Below, in pieces: positions 10,384 through 18,880 of a stretch of DNA of 64,000 bases. The first letter of the stretch is position 1; each line of letters opens with the position of its first letter. Source of the stretch: a virus; IMG/VR virus record IMGVR_UViG_3300031652_000001; one strand, written 5' to 3'. Below the pieces are notes generated by a model. The model ran no database searches. It was not told the DNA's origin and saw only the letters and a list, made by a program, of their open reading frames with translations. Both the position numbers and the translations under genes were made by a program.

Positions 10384-10510
10384 AGGCGAGATTATTTAAG
10401 AAACAGTGTGTGTAAAGAAAAACCGGATTCGAACCAGTAACTCTCAGCTCCCAATGCTGAAGCTCTACCAATGAGCTTTTTTCCCTGAACTGTCTCAACA
10501 GTCCTCGCCT
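10384..10510 (-). ncRNA. Y-RNA-like (YrlA-like) RNA, unit C, with embedded tRNA-Pro(UGG)-like module
   Basis: Terminal stem AGGCGAG/CUCGCCU enclosing a D arm, an anticodon arm (UCAGC-AUUGGGA-GCUGA) and a T arm (ACUGG-UUCGAAU-CCGGU). Confidence 0.75.
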
Positions 10511-10520
10511 TGCAAGAATT

Positions 10521-10550
10521 AATCTAACCCAATTTTCTGGAAGGTGTCAA
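10521..10550 (-). promoter_or_regulatory. Sigma70-type promoter for the Y-RNA-like/vWA/ARPP operon
   Basis: TTGACA-18 nt-TAGATT ending 10 nt upstream of RNA unit C. Confidence 0.7.
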
Positions 10551-10570
10551 CAGTAAAAACGAAATTGAAT

Positions 10571-10933
10571 TCACTTTATCCTGTTTACTGAGATATACGC
10601 CTGAAATGCATTAACAATTTCTTTTCTCGATACTTTGGCCCCCCATGTTTCGAGTTTCATTTTCAGATCAGACAATGACTTTGGGATCTCCATATGATTC
10701 GCAAGAACAGCCTTCATAAACGCCTCTACTCCTGTCTGTATGTTCTGCCTTGTCTTGGTATCCAGTGTTCCTCCAAGCCCTCTGAAGGCCCTTATGAAAC
10801 TCCTTGCCTGGTCCATGGTGACATCCTTCATCTTTGGCCTCGTTGTGCCCTCTGAAAGGTACGAGCGACGCCTCAATGTAGAGACACCAACACCATAATT
10901 CCTGTTTATTATTTTTGTACGAGACGTCCGCAT
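10571..10933 (-). CDS. Hypothetical protein (LRxRxYLxE motif)
   Basis: ORF containing TLRRRSYLSEG; start uncertain. Confidence 0.55.
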   Translation of the reverse strand: MRTSRTKIINRNYGVGVSTLRRRSYLSEGTTRPKMKDVTMDQARSFIRAFRGLGGTLDTKTRQNIQTGVEAFMKAVLANHMEIPKSLSDLKMKLETWGAKVSRKEIVNAFQAYISVNRIK

Positions 10934-10999
10934 CGTTTCTGTCCTCCTTCTTTACCAAGAAAGAGTGTCACGATACGAAAAGACGGTCAAATTTTCACA

Positions 11000-12409
11000 T
11001 CAAGACCAGCCACCTTCACGATAACAACAAAAGCTTGTTCCATAAGCATCACAATAACTGTCAAGATCCGAATAGTGTTCACCACCAGCGGAATAACAAT
11101 CATTGGCATAAAGACATGCCATCGAAAATTTCAAAGTACACGCATCAGGAACAATTTCCTCTGTTTCACTGTCACTGGTATCCGTTTCAGTCTCTTCTTC
11201 CGTATCCTCAATCGTTTCAGAATCAATATCCGTATCGTATTCAGTATCTTGCTCTGTTTCAGTATCCACCTCCGTATCAACAGGCAATTTCATAACAGCA
11301 CAACATAACCTTCCTTCTAATTCACCCCTACATACCCCCTCGGCTGTAACAAATCCCCACTCTGGATCTGGATAAGGAACATCCTCACATTTTTCCTTAT
11401 CCAAAGACAAACTTGGATGCATACAGAAATTACAATTCGGCTCTGTATCGCTATCAGTATCAAAGTCCGTGTCGGTGTCGGTGTCGGTGTCCGTATCAGT
11501 GTCCGTGTCAGTATCGGTATCGGTATCGGTGTCGGTGTCGGTGTCCGTGTCCGTATCTGTGTCCGTGTCAGTATCGGTATCGGTATCGGTGTCGGTGTCG
11601 GTGTCCGTGTCCGTATCTGTGTCCGTGTCCGTGTCCGTGTCGGTATCGGTATCGATATCAACATCCATACTACCTGAATCCTCACCAGCATCCAGATCTA
11701 TTCCGGTATCCCCATCTGTACCAACATCTTCTTCCGAGCCTGTGTCTGTATCAACGCTGTCATTGGTATCGGTATCAGTATCGGTATCGGTATCAGTATC
11801 AGTATCGGTATCGGTATCGGTATCGGTATCGGTGTCGGTGTCGGTGTCCGAGTCCGAGTCCGTATCTGTGTCCGTGTCCGTGTCCGTGTCGCTGTCAGCA
11901 TTACCGTCTGCATCAGTGTCTGTGTCCATATCACTATCCGCATCAGAATCACCATCCCCATCCCCATCGGCATCCCCATCGGCATCGGCATCGGCATCGG
12001 CATCGGCATCGGCATCCATATTCATATCCGTGTCAGTGTCCGCATCGGCATCAGTGTCCGCATCGGCATCAGTGTCCGCATCGGCATCCGCATCGGCATC
12101 GGCATCGGCATCGGCATCGGCATAGGTATCCGCACCACCATCAATACCGGCATCAAAATCACTGTCCGTATCGATATCTGTATCAAACTCAAAATCAAAA
12201 GAATCTGTCTCAGATTCAGAGCCTTCTACCCGGATATCCGTTCCAGTATCTATCGAATCTATATCGCAAATCATCCTATTTATAGCACTTGAAGAATCAT
12301 CTTCCTCGGTACCAAAAAAAGATGCATCACCGGCATCCAGCTCATCCCCATTGTCCTCTAAACAGGCCACCAAAAAAATAGCAACCAAAACAAAAAATGT
12401 CGTCCTCAT
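11000..12409 (-). CDS. Asp-rich (DT/DA repeat) lipoprotein with Cys-rich C-terminal modules
   Basis: Signal peptide with lipobox LVAC, long (DT)n/(DA)n tracts, small Cys-rich modules. Confidence 0.85.
   Translation of the reverse strand: MRTTFFVLVAIFLVACLEDNGDELDAGDASFFGTEEDDSSSAINRMICDIDSIDTGTDIRVEGSESETDSFDFEFDTDIDTDSDFDAGIDGGADTYADADADADADADADADTDADADTDADADTDTDMNMDADADADADADADGDADGDGDGDSDADSDMDTDTDADGNADSDTDTDTDTDTDSDSDTDTDTDTDTDTDTDTDTDTDTDTDTDTNDSVDTDTGSEEDVGTDGDTGIDLDAGEDSGSMDVDIDTDTDTDTDTDTDTDTDTDTDTDTDTDTDTDTDTDTDTDTDTDTDTDTDTDTDTDTDTDTDTDFDTDSDTEPNCNFCMHPSLSLDKEKCEDVPYPDPEWGFVTAEGVCRGELEGRLCCAVMKLPVDTEVDTETEQDTEYDTDIDSETIEDTEEETETDTSDSETEEIVPDACTLKFSMACLYANDCYSAGGEHYSDLDSYCDAYGTSFCCYREGGWS
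11462..12122. repeat. Coding hexamer repeats (Asp-Thr/Asp-Ala) with a higher-order 60-nt duplication
   Basis: gtgtcg/gtatcg/gcatcg units; 11521-11569 recurs at 11581-11629. Confidence 0.9.
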
Positions 12410-12492
12410 ATCTTCCTCCTTATACCTAATGATAAGGATTTATAACATGAACGCAAGTTCACTTTCTCAAAAAATAACAAAAAATAGATTTA

Positions 12493-12563
12493 TGGCCCCT
12501 CCGGGGTTCGAACCCGGGCCAACGGCTTATGAGACCGACGCTCTACCAATGAGCTAAAGGGCC
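12493..12563 (-). tRNA. tRNA-Ile2/Met (CAU)
   Basis: Cloverleaf GGCCCUU..., loop CUCAUAA; body resembles ileX-type Ile2. Confidence 0.88.
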
Positions 12564-12567
12564 TCGT

Positions 12568-12930
12568 TTAATCCTCATAGGCAAGATCCATCCATTCATC
12601 CCATAGATTCCTCAACATACTGACACCTTTTTTGGTAAAGTATGCAAAATAAGAAACCCCCTCCCAGTCGGAATCACGGACTTTTTCGACATATCCCTTC
12701 TGTCTCAAAATATGAGCCTCATTTGGCGTCAAATATCTCTTAGAAAGACCTTTCTTTGATGCCACAGGAATACCATCCTCAGCCTTATCATAGACATCAT
12801 TTGCTTTTACAAGCGCATCAAAAAACGGGTATCTTTTCTTGAAAGCGGACCGACGCTTATCCTCAGCCGCATCCTCAGTTAGTTTTTCTTTGGCTTTCTC
12901 AAGTACAGTATTTATTTCACCAAGATGCAT
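12568..12930 (-). CDS. Hypothetical protein
   Basis: GGAGG RBS before MHLGEIN. Confidence 0.65.
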   Translation of the reverse strand: MHLGEINTVLEKAKEKLTEDAAEDKRRSAFKKRYPFFDALVKANDVYDKAEDGIPVASKKGLSKRYLTPNEAHILRQKGYVEKVRDSDWEGVSYFAYFTKKGVSMLRNLWDEWMDLAYED

Positions 12931-13025
12931 CTTCACACCTCCTTCGTGAAAATACACTATTGCCAATCCATAACCAACTTTTAGTACACTACATTTCCAA
13001 ATATGCAGACACAATATTCCCAATG

Positions 13026-13097
13026 TGGTCAGAACTGGAATTGAACCAGTGCATCTGGATTTTCAATCCAGCACTCTACCTACTGAGTTATCTGACC
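13026..13097 (-). tRNA. tRNA-Phe(GAA)
   Basis: Cloverleaf, CUGGA-UUGAAAA-UCCAG. Confidence 0.92.
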
Positions 13098-13104
13098 CTT
13101 TTAG

Positions 13105-13190
13105 TACCCGTGCTCGGATTCGAACCGAGACCGCCCTTTCGGGTGCCATAGGTTTTGAGCCTACCGCCTGTACCATTCGGCTACACGGGC
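13105..13190 (-). tRNA. tRNA-Leu(CAA)
   Basis: Cloverleaf with long variable arm, loop CUCAAAA. Confidence 0.92.
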
Positions 13191-13194
13191 ATTG

Positions 13195-13270
13195 TACGCG
13201 AGGGGGGACTCGAACCCCCAACCTCCAGATCCTTAGTCTGACGCCTCGTTCCAAATTGGGCTACTCGCGC
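13195..13270 (-). tRNA. tRNA-Leu(AAG), short variable loop
   Basis: UCAGA-CUAAGGA-UCUGG; 5-nt variable region. Confidence 0.85.
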
Positions 13271-13276
13271 ATGTTG

Positions 13277-13351
13277 TACACCGGAAGGGAGTCGAACCCT
13301 CACTGTCAGGATCCTGAGTCCTGTGCCTCTTCCAGATTGGGCTACCGGCGC
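13277..13351 (-). tRNA. tRNA-Leu(CAG), short variable loop
   Basis: CAGGA-CUCAGGA-UCCUG; 5-nt variable region. Confidence 0.87.
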
Positions 13352-13383
13352 ATAATGGAAGCAAGATTTTCTTTACCTGGTAT

Positions 13384-13707
13384 TTAGACGATAGGAAGGA
13401 TGTCCCTCAGTTTTTCCTTCCCGATTTTCTCTTTTAGAAAGGCCATCAGGTCCCTTCTAACAATGTTGTAATAGTTCTCCAGCTCGTACGGCATTCTATC
13501 TTCCTCGACTGCCTTCAGCTGGGCAATAAGGTCAAGCTTCTTGGCCGTCTTCGTTGCCCCGGCCCTCGTGGCCAAAATCTTCATGGCCTCAATATGCTCG
13601 CCCTTTCTCATCATGGCCTGGAGCTTTTCTATCGGTATCGCCCCCGAAGCCGTTGCCTCATCGAGAATATCCTCCTCGATGTATCCACGATTCCTCAGCT
13701 TTGTCAT
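13384..13707 (-). CDS. Hypothetical protein (LRxRGYIxE motif)
   Basis: MTKLRNRGYIEE N-terminus. Confidence 0.65.
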   Translation of the reverse strand: MTKLRNRGYIEEDILDEATASGAIPIEKLQAMMRKGEHIEAMKILATRAGATKTAKKLDLIAQLKAVEEDRMPYELENYYNIVRRDLMAFLKEKIGKEKLRDILPIV

Positions 13708-13731
13708 CTTGATTCTCCAGTCTTGTCTCGG

Positions 13732-14217
13732 CTAAATATAGCCGTATTTACCCTTGTGCCTGCTCGCCGATAGAAGCTCATCAAGATAAATCTTGTACGC
13801 CTCAATTTCAGCTTTTCTCTTCTTTATCGTAGATCCGACAGACCAATTCCCTGAAAGACTTTTGTAGAGCCCGTCCCTCTTCTTTAGGGCAGCTCTTACC
13901 TTTCGCTTACTACGAATCTTGTCCATCTCCTGCTTTGTCAGATCACCTGATGAATTCCAAGCTGCGGCCCTGGACTCAAGGCTCTTAAGCTCTTTGTCGA
14001 GCTTTTTGAGTTCCTCTTTCTCCTCCGGAGTTCCCTTCCCAATACTCTTCCTGGCACTCGCAAAAGGGTCAGCACTTTCACGGAGCCCCCCAATTTTGCC
14101 ACCGGCTACTGTTTTTCTAAAAACTTCTCCGTATTTTGGAAGTCTGTCCTTCCCCTCCCCTAAAACACTTACCGTGCTGATGAGCAACTGATTGATAAAG
14201 GAAAGATCCATTGACAT
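13732..14217 (-). CDS. Hypothetical basic protein
   Basis: GGAGG RBS. Confidence 0.65.
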   Translation of the reverse strand: MSMDLSFINQLLISTVSVLGEGKDRLPKYGEVFRKTVAGGKIGGLRESADPFASARKSIGKGTPEEKEELKKLDKELKSLESRAAAWNSSGDLTKQEMDKIRSKRKVRAALKKRDGLYKSLSGNWSVGSTIKKRKAEIEAYKIYLDELLSASRHKGKYGYI

Positions 14218-14274
14218 TGCCTCCTTGGTTCAATCTTACCCACAAAGTAGACACCGTCAACAAATCGTTTATTG

Positions 14275-14349
14275 TGCGACCACTGGGATTCGAACCCAGA
14301 ACTCTGTGATCTTAAATCACATGCCTCTACCAAATTGGGCCACAGTCGC
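14275..14349 (-). tRNA. tRNA-Leu(UAA), short variable loop
   Basis: UGUGA-UUUAAGA-UCACA; 5-nt variable region. Confidence 0.87.
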
Positions 14350-14369
14350 ATTGTTGTATTTCTATTTTC

Positions 14370-14445
14370 CAGGGGCATATGGAGTCGAACCCCCAACAAC
14401 AGATACTACTGGAAGCCTGCGCTCTACCATTTAAGCTATACCCCT
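14370..14445 (-). pseudogene. Aberrant tRNA-Trp-like gene
   Basis: Trp-type acceptor AGGGG.../G73, but a 12-nt anticodon loop containing CCA and a mispaired T stem. Confidence 0.6.
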
Positions 14446-14450
14446 ATTTG

Positions 14451-14534
14451 CTGAGGTGGAGAGATTCGAACTCTCAAGCCAGTCACCTGACCACGACTTA
14501 GCAGGCCGCTGCACTACCGTTGTGCGACACCTCA
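14451..14534 (-). tRNA. tRNA-Ser(GCU)
   Basis: Loop CUGCUAA, long variable arm, G73. Confidence 0.9.
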
Positions 14535-14538
14535 ATAA

Positions 14539-15192
14539 TTATCTCTTCCCCCACGATCTCAAAACATCACCAATATTTTTGGTCCTCTCCCACTCAGGAT
14601 ACATTGACAAAAACCTATCAACAGCCAAACCAGCCGTCCTCATGACTTTCTTCTTCTTCGTGTTCACAAGCCACATTTTACCAGGAGACTCAGAACCAAC
14701 CGGTGGAAGACTTATACCCGCCTTCCTAGACCACATCATCAATTTCTTATTGGCCTCACCAGGACTATCCGCTTCTCTTTGAACAATGATTTGCTCATAT
14801 CTTTTTCGTATCCCTTCTTCTTCTTTTCGCTTCACATCAAGATCTGTTACCTGTCTCTGAATAGCTCTCAATTGTCCTTGACCAAGCTCTTTTGGGTACC
14901 CAAGAAGCCGATGAAGATGATCCCCTCCAACCGGAACAATCTTTCCATCCTGATTCTTTACCCAATATACATGAACAATTTTTCTGTTACAGGTTGAACA
15001 CTTCAGAGCTTTATCCCAATCACTCACCTTCGCATCTACCATCCCATCCTCAGCCTTACTGAAAACAAGATCCCATTTCCAGATCCACTGATAAGCAATT
15101 GCTTCATTTCCATTTGGACCTCGAAAGTTTTTCTGTTTTGCAGCCGCCTTCACCTGTGCTGGAACGATATAGTTTCTCTGTCTCAATGTCAT
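14539..15192 (-). CDS. Hypothetical protein (CxxC-containing)
   Basis: MTLRQRNYI start; CSTC...H motif. Confidence 0.65.
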   Translation of the reverse strand: MTLRQRNYIVPAQVKAAAKQKNFRGPNGNEAIAYQWIWKWDLVFSKAEDGMVDAKVSDWDKALKCSTCNRKIVHVYWVKNQDGKIVPVGGDHLHRLLGYPKELGQGQLRAIQRQVTDLDVKRKEEEGIRKRYEQIIVQREADSPGEANKKLMMWSRKAGISLPPVGSESPGKMWLVNTKKKKVMRTAGLAVDRFLSMYPEWERTKNIGDVLRSWGKR

Positions 15193-15194
15193 TT

Positions 15195-15560
15195 TTAATA
15201 AATCTTAGCTTTTCTCAACAAGTCACTAACATATCTCGAAGACACATCTTTCATAAGCTTTGAAAGCGCACCCTCCCTTGTTATCCACCAAGCATTCCAA
15301 CCTTTAAACACTCCATCCAGTATCTGTGCACGATAACCAGTCTTCCCTTTCTTTGTCTTCGGTTGTGAACCAGGAGAAAAATCCGGTGTTGAAAAACTTT
15401 TCCAGTCTATTTCTTCTTTCGTATTATAAACAATCTTGACCTTTCCGAAAACCGTCTTTAGCACCACATCGTCTTTATAATTATGCCTGGACTCCTCGAT
15501 TAAACGTTTTCCAATTTCTGGTGAATCAATAGAATCAATAATTTTTTTCAAATTATTCAT
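15195..15560 (-). CDS. Hypothetical protein
   Basis: GGAGG RBS. Confidence 0.65.
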   Translation of the reverse strand: MNNLKKIIDSIDSPEIGKRLIEESRHNYKDDVVLKTVFGKVKIVYNTKEEIDWKSFSTPDFSPGSQPKTKKGKTGYRAQILDGVFKGWNAWWITREGALSKLMKDVSSRYVSDLLRKAKIY

Positions 15561-15673
15561 TACTTCTAACCTCCTTATTAAAGGAAATCATACCAAACCA
15601 AAAATGTCTATCTTTCATCGTAGTCGGCTTTTTGGGAGACGGTGGAATCGAACCACTCGCCTAACTAGAGGAG

Positions 15674-15760
15674 TGGATGAGGCAAGACTCGAACTTGCGA
15701 TGTTTACCCATAGGGTGGAAGATTTACAGTCTTCTGGGATCGCCACTACCCAACTCATCC
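15674..15760 (-). tRNA. tRNA-Tyr(GUA)
   Basis: GAAGA-CUGUAAA-UCUUC, long variable arm. Confidence 0.9.
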
Positions 15761-15817
15761 ATAATAAAAATCTTTCCATTTATCTCCAACATAATCTTGA
15801 AAATTCTTAATCTATAG

Positions 15818-15891
15818 AGTCCCGAGAGGGATTCGAACCCCCGTCCATGCTGAGTTGCAATCAACCGCCTATCCATCTCGGCTATCGGGAC
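15818..15891 (-). tRNA. tRNA-Cys(GCA)
   Basis: Loop UUGCAAC, U73. Confidence 0.9.
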
Positions 15892-15954
15892 ATCTCTAAA
15901 AATAATTTGTAAAAAACAACCCAAATACTACCATAACAAAAAGGAGGTACAAAA

Positions 15955-16218
15955 ATGAAAAAATGGTCAGCAGACGTAAAAACAAAATGGAGTCCCCCAA
16001 AGGGTTTCTTCTCTCAATCTGCATCTCAAATAGCATCAGGCTTGAAAGCAGCATCAAAAGACACCGCTCAAGCCATGAGCAGACTAAATTTCTATATCAA
16101 TCGAGCTGGAGCAAATCTGTCAGAAAAAGATAAGAAAAGACTCGAATCCGCCAAGCAAAAACTCATGGGTGAATCCATTCACAATCTCTTTGATTCCGTC
16201 GCTCTCATTTTGGGATAG
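15955..16218 (+). CDS. DUF3175-like protein
   Basis: KKWS...AMSRLNFYINRAG signature; AGGAGG RBS; the only clear plus-strand gene. Confidence 0.75.
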   Translation: MKKWSADVKTKWSPPKGFFSQSASQIASGLKAASKDTAQAMSRLNFYINRAGANLSEKDKKRLESAKQKLMGESIHNLFDSVALILG

Positions 16219-16294
16219 ATTTTGTTGCTCACGAAATACGATTTTTGAAACACAACCGCCTTTGATGCTCATACATTAAAACCAAAATCCCATA

Positions 16295-16383
16295 CTGAGG
16301 GTAAGGGACTCGAACCCTTATGCCGGAGCTACCGACAGCCTCGGTTTTCGAAACCGGCCGCTTACCAATTCGCGCAACCCTCA
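16295..16383 (-). tRNA. tRNA-Ser(CGA)
   Basis: Loop UUCGAAA, long variable arm, G73. Confidence 0.88.
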
Positions 16384-16384
16384 C

Positions 16385-16657
16385 CTATGTCATTTCACTT
16401 GGGTGTTTAGAAAAATCGATCCTGATTTTCCCGGGATCAGTTATTCTCTGTATATTCAAAGGGCTATACTGCACCCAGTAATCGTACCTCTTATCCATTA
16501 CCCCAGACGACAGCTTCTTCAGCAAGTGTTTACCCTCGTATCCCAAAGAGAACTTAGTAGGATCCTTACCCTTCGGCGCTATCCGTATCTGCGTATAGTT
16601 CACTGCCCTTGGACGTGATCCGGACTCGTCCAAATAGCCCCTGTGCCTCAATCCCAT
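16385..16657 (-). CDS. Hypothetical protein (LRxRGYLxE motif)
   Basis: GGAGG RBS before MGLRHRGYLDES. Confidence 0.6.
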   Translation of the reverse strand: MGLRHRGYLDESGSRPRAVNYTQIRIAPKGKDPTKFSLGYEGKHLLKKLSSGVMDKRYDYWVQYSPLNIQRITDPGKIRIDFSKHPSEMT

Positions 16658-17004
16658 GAAAACCTCCATATCGCTTCCCTCAATAAAATGACTTCTCTCA
16701 ATGCCTTCATTCTAAATACCCTGGAACTAGTAAATCACACCCACTGTAATCGTCCACTTTTCGTTAGAAAATTTTGATACGAAACTGATACTTTGAAAGC
16801 CCTATATCCGAACAATATCGAGACACACCTCTGGATATCCTGCCTCCGAATACCTTGCCGCCTCAACACCAAAACCATCCGGAAGCCTGCCCGAAAGGTC
16901 CTCCTTCGCCTCCTTTATCACCTCATCCAGCTCATCATCCGGTATCACTTCCCTACTCACTTGACTCATCATCATTCACCTCCACGAATATCTTATCACA
17001 CCAG

Positions 17005-17094
17005 AAGAGGGAAGGGGACTCGAACCCCTACGGCAGCCAATAACCGCCACTCCCGGGTTCAAACCGGGCGCCTTACCATTGAGACTATCCCTCC
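17005..17094 (-). tRNA. tRNA-Ser(UGA)
   Basis: CCCGG-UUUGAAC-CCGGG, long variable arm. Confidence 0.85.
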
Positions 17095-17113
17095 TTGTAC
17101 TGTCTTCGGATTC

Positions 17114-17632
17114 TTACTTTAATTTTTTGTAGTTGAAGCTGATCCGCTCAAGCGACCTTGCCTGGAATGTTCTGGCCTGGTCGATTAGCCACTTCCTCGC
17201 AGCATCCTTTGCTGCACGGACACTCTTGTACTCACCAATGATTGTTGTACTGGAAGGACTTCTTCTCATATAGACAGATGCTCGATACTTATTGGAACGT
17301 TTCGGTCCGTCTGGATCAAGATCATAAACAGAAAAAACAAGATCCCTTTTGACTCCTCGACCAATCATGCGAATTACCGAATGAAAGCTGTCAACACTTT
17401 CCAAATCCTTTTTCCAGGTCATTACCTGTTTCACAGCTCTCGGAATATCAACCGCTTTCACTGCTGATATTCCCTTGTGGTATTCAACATTTTTAGGATG
17501 TTCTGTCCTATCCTTAAGAGGAAGACTTTTTACGTCAGAGCTCAAGTCAGGCCACTCAATCTCAATCTTCTTCCCCTCTTTGAGCATATCAACCGTGCTG
17601 CTGAGGATTTCGTTTGCTTCTCTGAGTCCCAT
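17114..17632 (-). CDS. Hypothetical protein
   Basis: GGAG RBS. Confidence 0.65.
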   Translation of the reverse strand: MGLREANEILSSTVDMLKEGKKIEIEWPDLSSDVKSLPLKDRTEHPKNVEYHKGISAVKAVDIPRAVKQVMTWKKDLESVDSFHSVIRMIGRGVKRDLVFSVYDLDPDGPKRSNKYRASVYMRRSPSSTTIIGEYKSVRAAKDAARKWLIDQARTFQARSLERISFNYKKLK

Positions 17633-17643
17633 GAATATCTCCT

Positions 17644-18165
17644 CTACGCCTTGACCAAGAAACGCCGCCTACCGGTGGACCCAATTGATTCCTTCCCGTA
17701 CTTACCATCCGGATCACTGATCTCTACCACCTTAAGCTCTCCCCGTTTTATTAGCTTCAAGATGGCCGCATGCTCACTCTTCTTGAATCTAAAGAAGTCG
17801 CCATACAAAAGACATTTTGAAATGGCCCCGAGGTCAGCAGGAAGCTTGTTGCTGATCTTCGACAGAATAGCTTTCTCTGTCTTCCCCATCGACCTGCTGG
17901 GCTTTGCTGCCAGAGCCTTCACGAGCCCGCTCTGCTGCGTATATGTGGTGCTCAAAGCATCTTTTATCATCCGCTGTGTAACGTCTGCCTCTATCGGCAC
18001 AGGCGCCATCCCAGGGAAGTCCGGAAGCTTCAGGCTGCCCTCTGACTCAAGAATCCTCTCCTCGACAACCGCATCGACGGTATCTCGGACCATAAACCTC
18101 CGCTGGTATAAGCCTACAGCTTCACTAAGAAGCTCGTTTATCGTACCGAGAACATCTGGACTCAT
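17644..18165 (-). CDS. Hypothetical protein
   Basis: AGGAGG RBS. Confidence 0.65.
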   Translation of the reverse strand: MSPDVLGTINELLSEAVGLYQRRFMVRDTVDAVVEERILESEGSLKLPDFPGMAPVPIEADVTQRMIKDALSTTYTQQSGLVKALAAKPSRSMGKTEKAILSKISNKLPADLGAISKCLLYGDFFRFKKSEHAAILKLIKRGELKVVEISDPDGKYGKESIGSTGRRRFLVKA

Positions 18166-18280
18166 GGACTCCTCCTAGCAGTTGTTCCATTCCATTTGCC
18201 TGACTCAATCCCATGATAACCTCTTGATGAAATTCTCCTCCATCACGAGATGACAGTCAATAATCCACTGTTTTTTTTTT

Positions 18281-18367
18281 AGGAGGTACCCGTATTTAAA
18301 CCAAGACCGCTTTTTACCGCGCTCTATCCATTCCACAGACAGATCTTACCATTGAGGTTATCCCTCC
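18281..18367 (-). pseudogene. Degenerate tRNA-Ser(GGA) copy
   Basis: Aligns with 18499-18585, but the T loop (UUUAAAU) and stems are decayed. Confidence 0.65.
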
Positions 18368-18498
18368 ATTTTGTCATTTCACATTGACACAAAAAGTTTT
18401 TTTGGTAATATCCAAACCACCTAAGCACGCAACGTGCAACCCCCCCGTCTCTGAGGGCATCGGCTTCGCCAGTTGGTGCCCTCTTTTTTTATACTTTG

Positions 18499-18585
18499 CG
18501 GGAGCGCCTGGATTCGAACCAGAACCACGTTTTACCGTGCTCTATCCTTTCCACGGATGGGCCTTACCATTGAGGCTACACTCCC
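18499..18585 (-). tRNA. tRNA-Ser(GGA)
   Basis: CAUCC-GUGGAAA-GGAUA, long variable arm, G73. Confidence 0.85.
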
Positions 18586-18594
18586 TATCTCGCC

Positions 18595-18613
18595 TATTCA
18601 GTTGTCAACGAAC
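18595..18613 (-). promoter_or_regulatory. BoxA-like antitermination element
   Basis: GTTCGTTGACAACTGAATA just upstream of the tRNA cluster; resembles rrn leader boxA. Confidence 0.5.
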
Positions 18614-18880
18614 AACGACAAAATGCCTTCCGGACATACGGCGCCCGAAACAACACGAAACCCACCTCGTTATCTACGAGGTAAGGTCTACCAGCTCAAA
18701 TACGATGAAAATAAAAACAGACAGGATATGAGGAGCCCATTGACCATTGCGGTATGAATCATTTGTCTCTGCTCATTTTGTTCTCGATGCCTTTTCATGG
18801 CACACCTCCTGTCAGCAACAGCAAGAATACTTTGTGAAATTGATTTCAGTCAAGAAAAAAACAAGGTGGGTCAGAAAATA

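Noticed and set aside
10272-10484. Two ordinary tRNA genes (Arg, Pro)
   Set aside because: Short acceptor stems run into a larger conserved scaffold that is shared with a tRNA-less third unit.
11317-12285. SV-, YR-, MP- and VG-repeat ORFs
   Set aside because: Shadow frames of the Asp-Thr repeat lipoprotein.
15633-15660. attP site
   Set aside because: It is a 3' tRNA half, but no integrase is present in the window; treated as a tRNA remnant.
17005-17094. tRNA-Sec
   Set aside because: The anticodon is UGA (Ser), not UCA, and the acceptor stem is 7 bp.
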